Source: Porphyridium purpureum (Eukaryota). Taken from it: a stretch of 64,000 nt of DNA. Of this stretch, positions 48,686 through 59,540 are shown piece by piece. Location of the stretch: positions 2,170,001-2,234,000 of the forward strand of contig VRMN01000002.1 in assembly GCA_008690995.1 (NCBI GenBank), given 5' to 3'. Below the pieces are notes generated by a model. That model worked only from the letters and a program-made list of their open reading frames with translations, was not told where the DNA came from and ran no database searches. A program made the translations under genes and the position numbers. Each line of letters opens with the position of its first letter. The first letter of the stretch is position 1.

Positions 48686-51600
48686 GATTCCTGTTTCTTC
48701 TTCGCTCGACTCTCTTTAAATCCACACAGCGAAAGTCTCTTCCCGGTTTCTGCGTTTCCACAGAAAGTGCCGCGTCGCCCAGAAAATCATGCCGGTGTGT
48801 TTGCCCCCACGTCGGCTTTTATACGCGCTTTACGAGCTCAAGAGATCAAGTATGGCGCGCCACAGTTTGCTAGATCGAAACCTTTTGAATAGATATTTTG
48901 TTTCTGTTGAGAACTGTTTTTCAATTGTGGCCAGAAGGCGGATTTGATCCAGGAAAGACTCTTTACTTCTGCGGCATCCCGGAAAATACCGTAGCTTTTA
49001 CACCACAGTAATGAATACCGCGAGGCTAACGTAGTGCTTCCCTCCTCTAGATTACAGAGCAAAGTAGTAGAAAATGTGGTGAGATGATGATTTAGTGTGT
49101 GTTCCCTAAAGATGGCCATGCTCGAGCAATTGCGCGTGACGGAGCAAGCCGCTCGCTTGATCGCCCACTCTGCCCCACGAATGCCGTTAATTGATTGATG
49201 GTGAATACAGCCGATCATTCTATCAAAAAATCATGAATTACGCACAGCAAAGAGGAATGCGCTCATCGGTTGCTCCCATTTTCATCACGCTTTGTATTTG
49301 TTTCCTGCAGCATGAGCGGTTTCGAAACGATTCGTATGTATTTTCGTCTAAAATTGAAATAAAATAATATCCGAAGTCACATCGCGTCACGCAAGCATCA
49401 ATCCACGCTGGTCGCCCGAAACGTGCTTTGAATCGAGCGATTTCTATTCGTCAACTTGCGGGAGGAGTGAGCAAAAACGCGGCGCTTTCTTGATAATGGG
49501 CGGAAGACCAAGACAGTTTGTCGTGCAGAGCCGGCGTGAGCCTTCATTGTGAGGTGGAAGCTTCAACGGCTGGGTTGGATGGTGAAGAGAAGCGGAAAAT
49601 ATAACCCTGCCATGATGGTCAGCGGAAAACAACATAACTTGAGGTGGTGAGCTGTTTGGCCAGACATGGCACCAATGATGATGTACGCGTTTGGCCCTCC
49701 AGCGCAAGCGGTGTGTATATGCAGAGGCGTAAGATGTGTTCGTACGCTTTGAATGTGAAGTTGGGGTACGAGAAAAGCAGTGGGTAGGAAGTGGGTTTCC
49801 GGAGCACAATCGGTTGGATCATGGGGAGCCGGTCGCATGGAGCACAAGATGATAACGGCTCGAAGGGCTCTTGGAGCAGGAAGAAGGGTCGACTGTAAAA
49901 AAGATAAAAAAAATAACGGAATCGGGCACCGGAAGAAACGTGCGGTAACTAGATTTACAATGCAAGAATACGGCTGGTCCGTATGGCGTACTCTCGCTCA
50001 TTTGCATTATTTGTCTCATGATGTTTTCGTCAAGTGTGATCGTCGCCCATGCCACAGCGAAGGCTTCCCGTGAAGACAGCAAGTCACACAGCGTGGGATC
50101 TCATGAGGCGTCTGGAGAGCACGAGGTCACCAGCGTACGTGATCCGTTAGCAAAGTACGTCCAGTTTTACATGGAAATGAACGAGTCGCTTGCGCGACTT
50201 CGCAACTTTCCGGAGCGAGAGGAACAAACTGGTAGGACATACGAGGCAGCACGGCTCGAAGAGCAGCGCCAAGCATGGCATCTGGTGACGCACGTGCCGG
50301 GCAATTGAACTCTGCACAGCACGCGGCGCAGGAGAGCCATCTTCAAGCTCCTCGTGCGAGGGCAGTGCAGCATCAGAATCAGAAAGAAAAAAACTTTATG
50401 TCGCTACCGGCAGGAACTCGGCACGGCTTCTCCGCCAAGTGCCCGTCTCCAGTAAAGCTGTGACAAGCCGCCCCGAAGATCGAGTTTCAGTATTTTCTTC
50501 GGAGCTGGAAAGGGACAGGAGGGAATGGATTCGGCACTCAAATGTCTCGGATCCCGCTGGGACAGATCGCTCCCGCCGCATCTGAATGCCGCGTCCGAGG
50601 CGACTCGCAAACATGGAACTAATGTGGTTGCTGTCGCGGAAGATGATCATTACCTTGCTTGGAAATCACTGGATCCGTCAACACCTGCACGCGTGCAGGG
50701 ATTGTCTCGCGCACTCGGCACGTGCTACTGGCATGAAGCAGAACGCTGGATTTGCCGGTGATACCTGGTTCTTTTCGCCAATGTCCATCGAATCCCGTCA
50801 ACGGAGGCTATTGGTAATCATGGCCATGACTACATTTTCCAGCAAAAGGTCAGATGCCGGCGATCCGAGCGCAAGCTGAACGCCTGTGCCGGGCGATAGT
50901 GGTCCAACGACAGCAGGAGTTGGCGTCAATCCAGGCACTGAGGTGCTTAACAAATAGTTGCAACCGGCGCTGGGCAGCAATGCTCGCGATAGCGTCTTGG
51001 ATCCCACTCACGTTCATAATCAGATGGCAGAGATACTGAATTTCACCAAAACGCCTTTCGACAACAAGACATTGGACTTGTCGCTGACGCTGGTCAGCCG
51101 TGTACATTGGTCGCCGCACGCTAGGCTCGCATTCGGGGTGCGCATGCTCCAGCGCGCACGCGAACGAAACATGCCGATTCAGTGGCGAAATATGTGAAGA
51201 GCATCGTGAGGCTGCCCAAGCCGTGTCGCAAGGTGAATGTCATCATAGCAGTGAACCGCATCATAGAGCAGCAGCAGCTCTCGCTTTTGATGCAGCCCGA
51301 CCGCACGGCGAGCTCAGAGGGCGAGAACACGAAATTCGTGGTCGAACACGATGCCTCTGTGGATGCATTTGTATTCTACAAGCAAGTGGGCTTTTTCCTC
51401 CGTCAACAGCGTCTTGCAGCAGCGGTCGACCCTTGGAAAAACGTTCGTTCGCAAGCTTTGGCCACATGTAAAAGTGTGGCTCTCAAGGCGAGCCTGCTTA
51501 GCCGCGGCGCGTGGATTTGATCTGAGCGCCTGAGCCGTCTAAAAGTGCGGACAAAGGTCGCTGCCGCTTGCGAAGCGACCTCGGGCCTTTCGCATTCGTG

Positions 51601-51997
51601 CAGTCCATGGCTAAAAAGAGCTTCATAAGATCGCGGAGAAGGTCCATTTTGACACTACGCTTGCGACAGGACCGTCCCCTATCCAATTTGATCGCACGTG
51701 CGTTAGACTGCGCAAGCTTGGTGGGACATCTGCCGGGGTACCAGAACGGCAGCTCGCGGCAGAAGCTGAATTGGTTGGGCTTGCTCGTGATCGTGGTGGG
51801 GTCTGGTTCCATCATCCGCGGCAGACTCGGTGCGCGTGAAGGTTTGCGGCGCCGAGTCGGCGCTGTGGCTGGCGGATGGTCTTACACGCACACGTGAAAC
51901 AGCGCATACTAAATGCGTTGATGTACAAATACAATACACTTTAACAAAGATTTTGTAGCCATGCGCACGCCCGCACGTCTGGTGGCGACTCGGCCGA

Positions 51998-54900
51998 CTA
52001 GTGCATGATGGATGACAAGCTGCTTGAAGTAATGTCCAAGCAGAGATTCGATGTTCCAATCAGCTCGCCACTGCTCGCTCGAAGAGGCCGCAGAAGCTGC
52101 AGGTACTGCTTGTTGTTGTGGTTGTAGATGTGGTCCACATTCCGCCCAGCGCGCGCGTCCATGTACATATTCAGCATGTTCTGTACCGCGGCACTATTGT
52201 TCTCACTGTTTTGATCCGAGTGCCGCGTACTACGCGACTCATCCGACGCATGATTCAGCCCAAGCGCACCTGTGTCCTTGGCTGTGGCATTCGTCGCAGA
52301 GTTCGCCCCTGTCGTGTTGCCATCGGGACCTATCGTGGACGGAGACACTTGCAGCACGTCTAACAATGACTCTCCGACACGTGGGGGCATTCCGTGAAGC
52401 GCCGGAATCGTGTCAGGGCCAGCACAACTGATGACGCGGAAAAAAAAGTCAGTGCTGAAAATGACTGCTCCAACTGAACTGCATATGAGATTGAAATGCG
52501 TATCATCCGGCGAATGTGGCGGCGAGGCCGTTGCCGACTGCGTGCGCGCTCGCTTGCGAACGCGCCGGTTGTTGGGATGCTGCTCTTGTGCTGCGTTGAA
52601 GCCCATGCCCTGGCGCTGCTGCTGAGTCGTTTCATTGTCACGCTTCTTGCCGGTCTTGCCAAACTCATCCGAGCCATCCGAGGTTATGGGCCCTGAGCTG
52701 CCGTCTCCCGCACTGCCACCCCCAGCACTGCCATCGCGGGTGCTTCCGTTTCCACTTCCATTTGCACTGAACGCACCAAAGGGGTCATTCGGCGCGGCTT
52801 CGGCGTTGCTTCCGGCACTTCCATTGCCGCTGCCACCGCTACCACCGCAGGCCTCACCCGAGCCCGCACGCGAGTTCTTCGATTCGGGATCGGAAGACGG
52901 CTGCTCTTGCGGCGATGACGGCTTCGAATCCTGCTGCTGCTGCTGGTGCTGCTGGGAATGCCCATGCTGGTGTTGCTTCTTGAGCTTGACCTTTTCTTCT
53001 TCTTTGGGACGGTGCGCCTGCTTGTCATGCACACTGTGCGACACTTGCTGCTTAGTGGCTGCCTCAACCTGAGTCGTCTTTGTCGCCACAGCAGACGATG
53101 GCTGGGATTCTTTGTGTTGCTGAGCTTGCGGTTGCTGCTGCGCGACCCGCTGCTCCTCACTATGCTCTTCCAGCCGCCCCAGCCCCTGCTGATGCTGCTG
53201 ACCAATCCGAGTGGGTCCAGACGACTCTGCTTTTTGCTTCATCGATTCGTTGGTTGGTTTTGAAGATGAAGTCGGTTTGTCCTCCTTCACTTCGCCAATC
53301 TTCGTGGCGCGCGACTCACCAACAGGGACCGCCGGGGCCTCAGCATTTGCTGTATGCCCAACAGCACTGACGCCTGCCTTTTGCTTTTCCGAAATGTCCA
53401 TGTCCATAACTTGTTGGTGACTGGGCACGGCAAAGGCATGAGCGTGGTCACGGACGCTAACATCCCGAAACATGGGTGACACGCCCGACGACTGTCGCGT
53501 CCATGCCGACGGACTGGTCTGAGGATTGTTAATAGATGGCGACCCAAACTCTGTGCAGGGTGAATAGTCGGCATACCTTGATGCCAGCATGGCCGAGTGC
53601 ATCCTTGACGTCTCTGGCTTTCCATTATGCCTTGCATAACCCTGCTGATGAGAATCGACTGGTGGCAGTCCGCCCGTCGAAGACGAACCCGGCATGTTGA
53701 GCATACTGTTTGCCGACGGATTAGGAGCCCAAGACATGCTAGGCGGCGAGAGGATACCCAGTCCCATCATGGGCATCTCGCTATATAACCAGCCCGCGTT
53801 CATCCCTGCCATGCCGCTCGGGCTCTCCATGTACCCGGCACCACTCGATGGCTGCAGCGGCATGCCCGTCAGGCTGTACGCTTGCTGATGGTGGTGAAGT
53901 TGTGGCGACGGTGACGCGGACTGCTTGTACGCGTGTGGAGGATGCTGCTGAGGTCGATGTTGATGATGTGAGCGAATCCGCGGTCCCGCGCTCCGAACTG
54001 GCGCGTCAAACACATCCCCTGGATTCCCACTCACAAATTGCGCCGCCGCGCGACCGTATGCATCCCGATGTACATACTTGGACGTGCCCGACGGCGCTCC
54101 ACTACCCAATCCCGCATACTCAAGCTCAGAGTCTCCAAAGACCGGGAACGAAGGAGAGACACTGCGCGGGTGCGTGTACGCATTAGCGATCGGCACATCT
54201 GCTGATGTCGTTCCGCGCGCGGAGTGGCGCGGCTGCGTGGTGTCGCCCTTTTCCGTGGATGATAGCATCGCCGACGGCCCCTCCATACCTTGACCCTGTT
54301 GAAGCGACTGACCGGGCGAACTATGGTGCATCTGTTGCTGAATTTCCTGCTGAAGTTGCTGCATTTGCTGCACCATGCTGAGCTGTTGCTGGTGGTGTTG
54401 CACCATCAGATTCAAATGGTGGTTGTTGTGGTTGTGCTGCTGTTGGTATTGGCGCTGCTGCTGCTGCTGTTCCTGTTGCTCCTGCAAATGCATGGTGCCC
54501 AAATGAGGATGCGGCTGCTGCTGCTGCTGTGGATAAGGCTGCTGAAAAGGACTTGCCTCGGCCTGATGCACCGGAGCGGATGATGACGCTACTCGCCCCT
54601 CTTGCGCGGCAACCGCATCTTCCACGCTCTGCCGGAATTCAGGGCTGGCAAGAAGTCGCGGCGCGACGGGTTTGACGCTCGAGCCGCGCGCAGCCGTGGC
54701 GGCGTCGGCGCGCAGAATCGTCTGCAAAAGCTTGTCGGTGAGCTCCTGCTTGCGGTTCTCAATGAGCTGCGCCTGCAGCTGAATCTCCGCTTGAGACAAT
54801 TCGTTCGTCTTGCTGTGCAGCCTGGCCATGAGGTGGTCCAGGCTCTTGTACCGGCGGAACGGCCACCGCGAGATGTTCCACTCGCGACACCAGCGCTTCA

Positions 54901-55036
54901 AAATGGTGACACAAACGCCCAGCTCCTCCGCGGCTTGCGGGATGGGCAACGAGAACGTGCGCGCAACCTTCTGCACCTCAATGCCGTCCCCGCTGCCTCC
55001 CCCCACCATCCCACGCGGCACCGACACGTCCGCCAT
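51998..55036 (-). CDS. RWP-RK transcription factor with Q-rich linker and a C-terminal PAS-like domain
   Basis: FSLPIPQAAEELGVCVTILKRWCREWNISRWPFRR; C-terminus AVIFSTD...LRPLRASSGELIGTSNLCLDIT. Confidence 0.9.
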   Translation of the reverse strand: MADVSVPRGMVGGGSGDGIEVQKVARTFSLPIPQAAEELGVCVTILKRWCREWNISRWPFRRYKSLDHLMARLHSKTNELSQAEIQLQAQLIENRKQELTDKLLQTILRADAATAARGSSVKPVAPRLLASPEFRQSVEDAVAAQEGRVASSSAPVHQAEASPFQQPYPQQQQQPHPHLGTMHLQEQQEQQQQQRQYQQQHNHNNHHLNLMVQHHQQQLSMVQQMQQLQQEIQQQMHHSSPGQSLQQGQGMEGPSAMLSSTEKGDTTQPRHSARGTTSADVPIANAYTHPRSVSPSFPVFGDSELEYAGLGSGAPSGTSKYVHRDAYGRAAAQFVSGNPGDVFDAPVRSAGPRIRSHHQHRPQQHPPHAYKQSASPSPQLHHHQQAYSLTGMPLQPSSGAGYMESPSGMAGMNAGWLYSEMPMMGLGILSPPSMSWAPNPSANSMLNMPGSSSTGGLPPVDSHQQGYARHNGKPETSRMHSAMLASRYADYSPCTEFGSPSINNPQTSPSAWTRQSSGVSPMFRDVSVRDHAHAFAVPSHQQVMDMDISEKQKAGVSAVGHTANAEAPAVPVGESRATKIGEVKEDKPTSSSKPTNESMKQKAESSGPTRIGQQHQQGLGRLEEHSEEQRVAQQQPQAQQHKESQPSSAVATKTTQVEAATKQQVSHSVHDKQAHRPKEEEKVKLKKQHQHGHSQQHQQQQQDSKPSSPQEQPSSDPESKNSRAGSGEACGGSGGSGNGSAGSNAEAAPNDPFGAFSANGSGNGSTRDGSAGGGSAGDGSSGPITSDGSDEFGKTGKKRDNETTQQQRQGMGFNAAQEQHPNNRRVRKRARTQSATASPPHSPDDTHFNLICSSVGAVIFSTDFFFRVISCAGPDTIPALHGMPPRVGESLLDVLQVSPSTIGPDGNTTGANSATNATAKDTGALGLNHASDESRSTRHSDQNSENNSAAVQNMLNMYMDARAGRNVDHIYNHNNKQYLQLLRPLRASSGELIGTSNLCLDITSSSLSSIMH

Positions 55037-56154
55037 GACTCACAAATACCCCCAAAAGGCACGTCCAATCGCTCTACGCTGCGAGTCGCCTTTCCCCTCC
55101 CCCGCCTTTCCCTTCCCCCGCGGTTGCGGCGCGTCCCCCCCGCGTGGGCTTCCACGCTCACACGCGCTTCCCGTTAGCAGCACGGCACGCTTGCGAGCTC
55201 GTCCTCGACCTCCCTGTCTGCTTGCGTCGCGCTCCACCCTTTCCTCTCTTCCGCTCTGTCGCTCTTTCGCTATGCTCTCCTTTCTCACTCACCTCTTTGG
55301 TCGCGAATCGTGACGTCCGAGGCGGATGTTTTTCGATCGTTTGGCAGTTTCTCCCTTGCAGACGCGTGTGCATAGCAAAACGCGTGCTGCTCGTCGGGTC
55401 GGGCGCGTCACACCGCGCGCTGTTAAATCTTCCGCACCGCCAAGCCGCCGCCCTGTAAAACAGACGTCTTTTACTATGCACACGTGCGTGCGTGGAAGGG
55501 TGATTCGGCGAATAAGACGGAGGAGGGACGGGGAGGGCGGGGAAGTCAGGGCATGATCCCTTTTTTGCGGCATTCAATCTTCGCGTGTTTTGCATCTTTC
55601 CGGCTCGTAATGCCACATACGCACGCGCGATTATTGTCATTGCCATATACAGGTGTACACCCATTTTCCAAACGTGGCGCGTTCCGCATTGCAAAGGAAT
55701 GCGCGGAGTGGACGACGCCGCTCGGTACCGTGCGACACGCGCAACTTGGATTTTCCAGCGCTGTTCCACATGGAACAAGCGGCACGTACAGCCGACAGGT
55801 GCAGGACACCCGCACATGGAGGTACTGCTGAAATGCGCGTGCAAGCGCGCGTGCAAGCAAGCACGTGTAAACACGGGAACAGAAGGGAGCGCGCTGTACC
55901 TTGTTGGCGACCCGCACTGTACCGCGTAACGTGCGTCACTTGCAAGTTTCAGAACGCGTGCTGACAAGCAAGAGAAGGGGCAAGAAACCTTGCGCGTGAG
56001 AGAATGAGGTGGTGCGCGCTCACATTGTCAGCCGCTGTGCGAAGAGATGTGGGCAGACAGAGACACAGAGACACAGAGAGCAAGGGAGTGAGGCTTGGAT
56101 GAGCGGAGATTCGCAGGTGGGTACGCAGAGATTTCACCGCGCGCGGCAGTGGGT

Positions 56155-56964
56155 ATGGTGCTAGGAGCCAAGCGCAAGGCGTTTGGCGGCGCCGCGCCGG
56201 CGCTGGATTCGCGCGCGATGACACTGGCGATGTGCGATGACGACGTGGCGGTGACCGTGACGGGATGCGCGTTTCCGTCGGAGCACGCGAGGGCAAAGCG
56301 CGCGCGCAGCGGCGCAGCGGGAGCGCAGGAGGTGCTGTTCGAAGGCCCAGGCGTGCGGGGCGGGGCAAGCGGCGCGGCCAGCTGGTACTCGTCCGCGCTG
56401 GTCGACGGCGAGCTGGGCAACGCGTGGCTGGGCGTCATGCAAGAGCTGCGCTGTGAGTTGCACTTGGGAATCGTCTCTGACCCGTGCGACAATTTTGACC
56501 GCGCGGAGGATGGCGTTCATGTAGATCCAAATATCTATTCCAGAGGCGGTGCTCCCGTGCAGCTCAGCGTGTTTCGGTATCCGTCCGAGATGCTCGCGAG
56601 CTTCATGTGCTCGGCGAGCCACCGCCTTGGGCGCGTGAATGCAGTGTTTGTCCCAGCTTCCCAGCTGCGTCCCGGTGCATGGATGGATGCGCTTCTCTTT
56701 ATTATGCAACAAAGTAGAGAAGGCGGCGCGTCGCTGCTTGTGGTCGTCACGTGTGTGGGAAAGCAAACCGAACAGCCAGTGCTGGTGGCACTGCAGCAGC
56801 ACGCCGCGCTTTCTGCATACGTGCGGTCCGGGCATGAGGTTGCCCATATGGCGCGTGCGGCCGCGAGCCGCGTAGGTCCAGTCTTGATGGAGGTTCCCAG
56901 GTCGTTTACCGCCCCGGTGCCCTGGCGCACGGGCAGCGTCTTGCATCCGAGGCATCAATTATGA
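56155..56964 (+). CDS. Hypothetical protein
   Basis: Long ORF with an ATG at 56155, followed by an AATAAA-containing 3' region; no family recognised. Confidence 0.5.
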   Translation: MVLGAKRKAFGGAAPALDSRAMTLAMCDDDVAVTVTGCAFPSEHARAKRARSGAAGAQEVLFEGPGVRGGASGAASWYSSALVDGELGNAWLGVMQELRCELHLGIVSDPCDNFDRAEDGVHVDPNIYSRGGAPVQLSVFRYPSEMLASFMCSASHRLGRVNAVFVPASQLRPGAWMDALLFIMQQSREGGASLLVVVTCVGKQTEQPVLVALQQHAALSAYVRSGHEVAHMARAAASRVGPVLMEVPRSFTAPVPWRTGSVLHPRHQL

Positions 56965-57321
56965 GCCCGCCATACGTGGCGGCGTACGAAAGCACCAACG
57001 ATTCCAAATAAAAACCGTGCAGTGCACGCTCGCGGGGAAGGGGGGGAGTTCCCGCTCTTTTTTTTATTCCTTGAAGCATGCACATGCGCAACTCGTGTCA
57101 ATACATGGAGACAGCGCCGGTTTTTTGGCACTCTCAGCAGGCGCCATGATGTCGCGCTCTCGACGGCCACGAGCCAACCCGACTCCTCCAAATCGGGCCT
57201 GTCAATCCTGGTGTTTGGTTAGCAATCAGATGCCCTCCAAACAAGACACGGACTGGCGCACATGGACCTCTCCGTCTACGTCAATGCAGAATACAGTTTA
57301 TGTGGAGACCGGCAGACCGGC

Positions 57322-58950
57322 TCACCCGGAGCCCTTTTGGCCCATCAGCTTGGCGACGCGAAAGATGGGCACAAGCTCCTTTCGGGGGCTGGCCGTCGCA
57401 ATAAATGGGTGCGCCATGAGCTCGGCAGTGGTGGCACGCTTAAGCGGTACGAGAACAAGACAGCGCGCCAGAAAGTCGCGGAACTCGGGCGACCATTTTT
57501 CCGGTCGGCGCAGCTTGGGAGGCGGGCTGGTCTGGATCAGTGTCAGAGCCTCAGCTGGCGAGCAGCTCAGGTTCGGAGGCTCCCACTCGGCGCACTCAAT
57601 GCCGAGAATGCCCAGCGCCCAAATATCGACCTTGTGGTCGTACGCGCATCGACGCACAAGTTCGGGCGCCATCCAGTACGGAGTGCCTACAAAACTGACG
57701 CGCTTGTTCTCTTGCTCGGTGAGCTGCGCGGCAAAGCCAAAGTCCGCAATCTTGATCTGTGCCGAGTCAGTGTCTACCAGCACATTGTCTGACTTGATGT
57801 CACGGTGAATGCGCCGCTGCAGGTGCATGTACTGCAGGCCCTGGATCACCTCCTTTAAAATGTACGCAATGTGGCATTCCTTGAGCCGCAGCCGCCGCAC
57901 GCGCGCAAAGTCGAGCACGTCCGTCAGACACCCACCTGACATGTACTCCATGGTGATCCACCAGGAGCCATCAAAGCGGAAGGTCTCATGGCACCGGACC
58001 AGGTTGCGATGCCTGAGCGTATGCATCACCTCTACCTCGGCCTCGAGCATGATGCGTTCTTGGTCTGTGGTCGGGCGCACTTTCTTGAGTGCGTAGATTT
58101 TGCGCTTCGTGCCAGATGGGTCTGTCTTGTCTGCGCCCTCCACCAAGTACACTGCACCAGAAGCACCTTCTCCAATCTTTTCGACGATGTCGTACTTGCT
58201 CTGCGGGTCGTCGTCTACGTACACCGGGGTGTCCGGCTCAACCTCTTGCTCTACCGAAACATCAGCCGAGCCGCGCATCAAGAGTTCCACCAGCGCGTCC
58301 TGTTCTGACTGCTTGGAACCGTCGGCCTTGGTGTTCTTCTGCCGATTGCTCAGCTGGCTCTCCATCGCGGGCGGAAGACCTTCAAAGCCAGTTTCAGACT
58401 CTGTGTCGTGTCGCACGTGCACTGCATGCTCGAGCATCTGCGGCGCACCGATCACATGACGATCCGGCTTGCCGCGCCGCGCGCTGCGCGACCCCTGCGA
58501 CTTGCTCTTTTTCAGCGAGTCCGATGGAGTGCCCGCGCCGGGCGTTCCAATGCCTGGCATGGTTAGTTTCTTGGGGGTCTTGCTCTTTACCGGAGTTGCG
58601 GGGCCTGGTCCAATATTGGAAAGAAAGTCAACCATGCTGTCACGTGGTACGTTCTGAAATGCGCCCGCTTTGTGCTGCTGCTGCTGCTGCTCAGTGGTGC
58701 TCTGCACATTCTCCTTGTCGTCCAGAGAGTTGGAGGATGCACCAGATACACCGGACGGCCCGTCCCACCGGTACGACTGCACCTTGGCATCAACAGTGAA
58801 TGCAGACTCTGCAGAGCTTCCGTTGCTGCTGTTCATATTTTTACCGGGGCCCTGACTACCGGGCGGAAACGCCCCGCTTCCGGCATTCGAACCGTACAGC
58901 GGGGCTGCTGGCTCCTCATCTTTTCTCCACCACTGGCGAAACAGTTCCAT
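57322..58950 (-). CDS. PAK/STE20-family Ser/Thr kinase with CRIB (p21-binding) motif
   Basis: CRIB IGAPQMLEHAVHV...GFEGLP; GEGASG, HRDIKSDN, DFG, GTPYWMAPE. Confidence 0.93.
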   Translation of the reverse strand: MELFRQWWRKDEEPAAPLYGSNAGSGAFPPGSQGPGKNMNSSNGSSAESAFTVDAKVQSYRWDGPSGVSGASSNSLDDKENVQSTTEQQQQQHKAGAFQNVPRDSMVDFLSNIGPGPATPVKSKTPKKLTMPGIGTPGAGTPSDSLKKSKSQGSRSARRGKPDRHVIGAPQMLEHAVHVRHDTESETGFEGLPPAMESQLSNRQKNTKADGSKQSEQDALVELLMRGSADVSVEQEVEPDTPVYVDDDPQSKYDIVEKIGEGASGAVYLVEGADKTDPSGTKRKIYALKKVRPTTDQERIMLEAEVEVMHTLRHRNLVRCHETFRFDGSWWITMEYMSGGCLTDVLDFARVRRLRLKECHIAYILKEVIQGLQYMHLQRRIHRDIKSDNVLVDTDSAQIKIADFGFAAQLTEQENKRVSFVGTPYWMAPELVRRCAYDHKVDIWALGILGIECAEWEPPNLSCSPAEALTLIQTSPPPKLRRPEKWSPEFRDFLARCLVLVPLKRATTAELMAHPFIATASPRKELVPIFRVAKLMGQKGSG

Positions 58951-59540
58951 CTCACCCAACCTCACAGTTCACGGCGCCGCGTCCTTCTTCACGCCGCGGA
59001 TACCTCTTGTTCCTCTCGCAATCACAACGATGCAGCAGCTCTTCGCCAGCTTGAGCGGTCCGGCCGAGAAGCGCCTCACGTTCGTTCCGTGGGAACCTCT
59101 TGTCACGCGAGTCTTCTGCGTCCGACCGTGATTGAAGCAGGACACTGCTTGTCTGGCTGACTTGCTTCTGTGGCCCCAAACAAGCAAGCCGACTGCGTGC
59201 CTGGTTCCCTGGTCCCAGACACTCAGCTCGCGAGCGTCAAGGCGTGTTGAAGGTCTGCTGCCTTTATCCGTCCACTGGCAAACGCAAGACATGCGTGCGG
59301 AGCCAGAATCCGTGCGATCCAGCCGTGAGCACAGCGCGTCACGCGCAAATGTTCAAATTTTCAAACGCCGCATTTGAAACGGCCATCGTTGGGAGTACTG
59401 TTGTGGTGAGTAGGGTACAGCACATGGTCTGTGCCGGAACGTGCAGGTGGCGTGCGCGGGAAGAAGCGAATAACACGTGGGCAGGTTGGTGGTGGATGGT
59501 GTGCGTGAGAGAGAGGACAGTGTGGTTTACCGTGGGTGCC

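Noticed and set aside
59244..59540. N-terminal extension of the SAS-6-like ORF from an upstream non-ATG start (similar extensions on the V-ATPase B, Yippee and oxidoreductase ORFs)
   Set aside because: Eukaryotic genes; the extensions look non-coding, so starts were reset to downstream ATGs.
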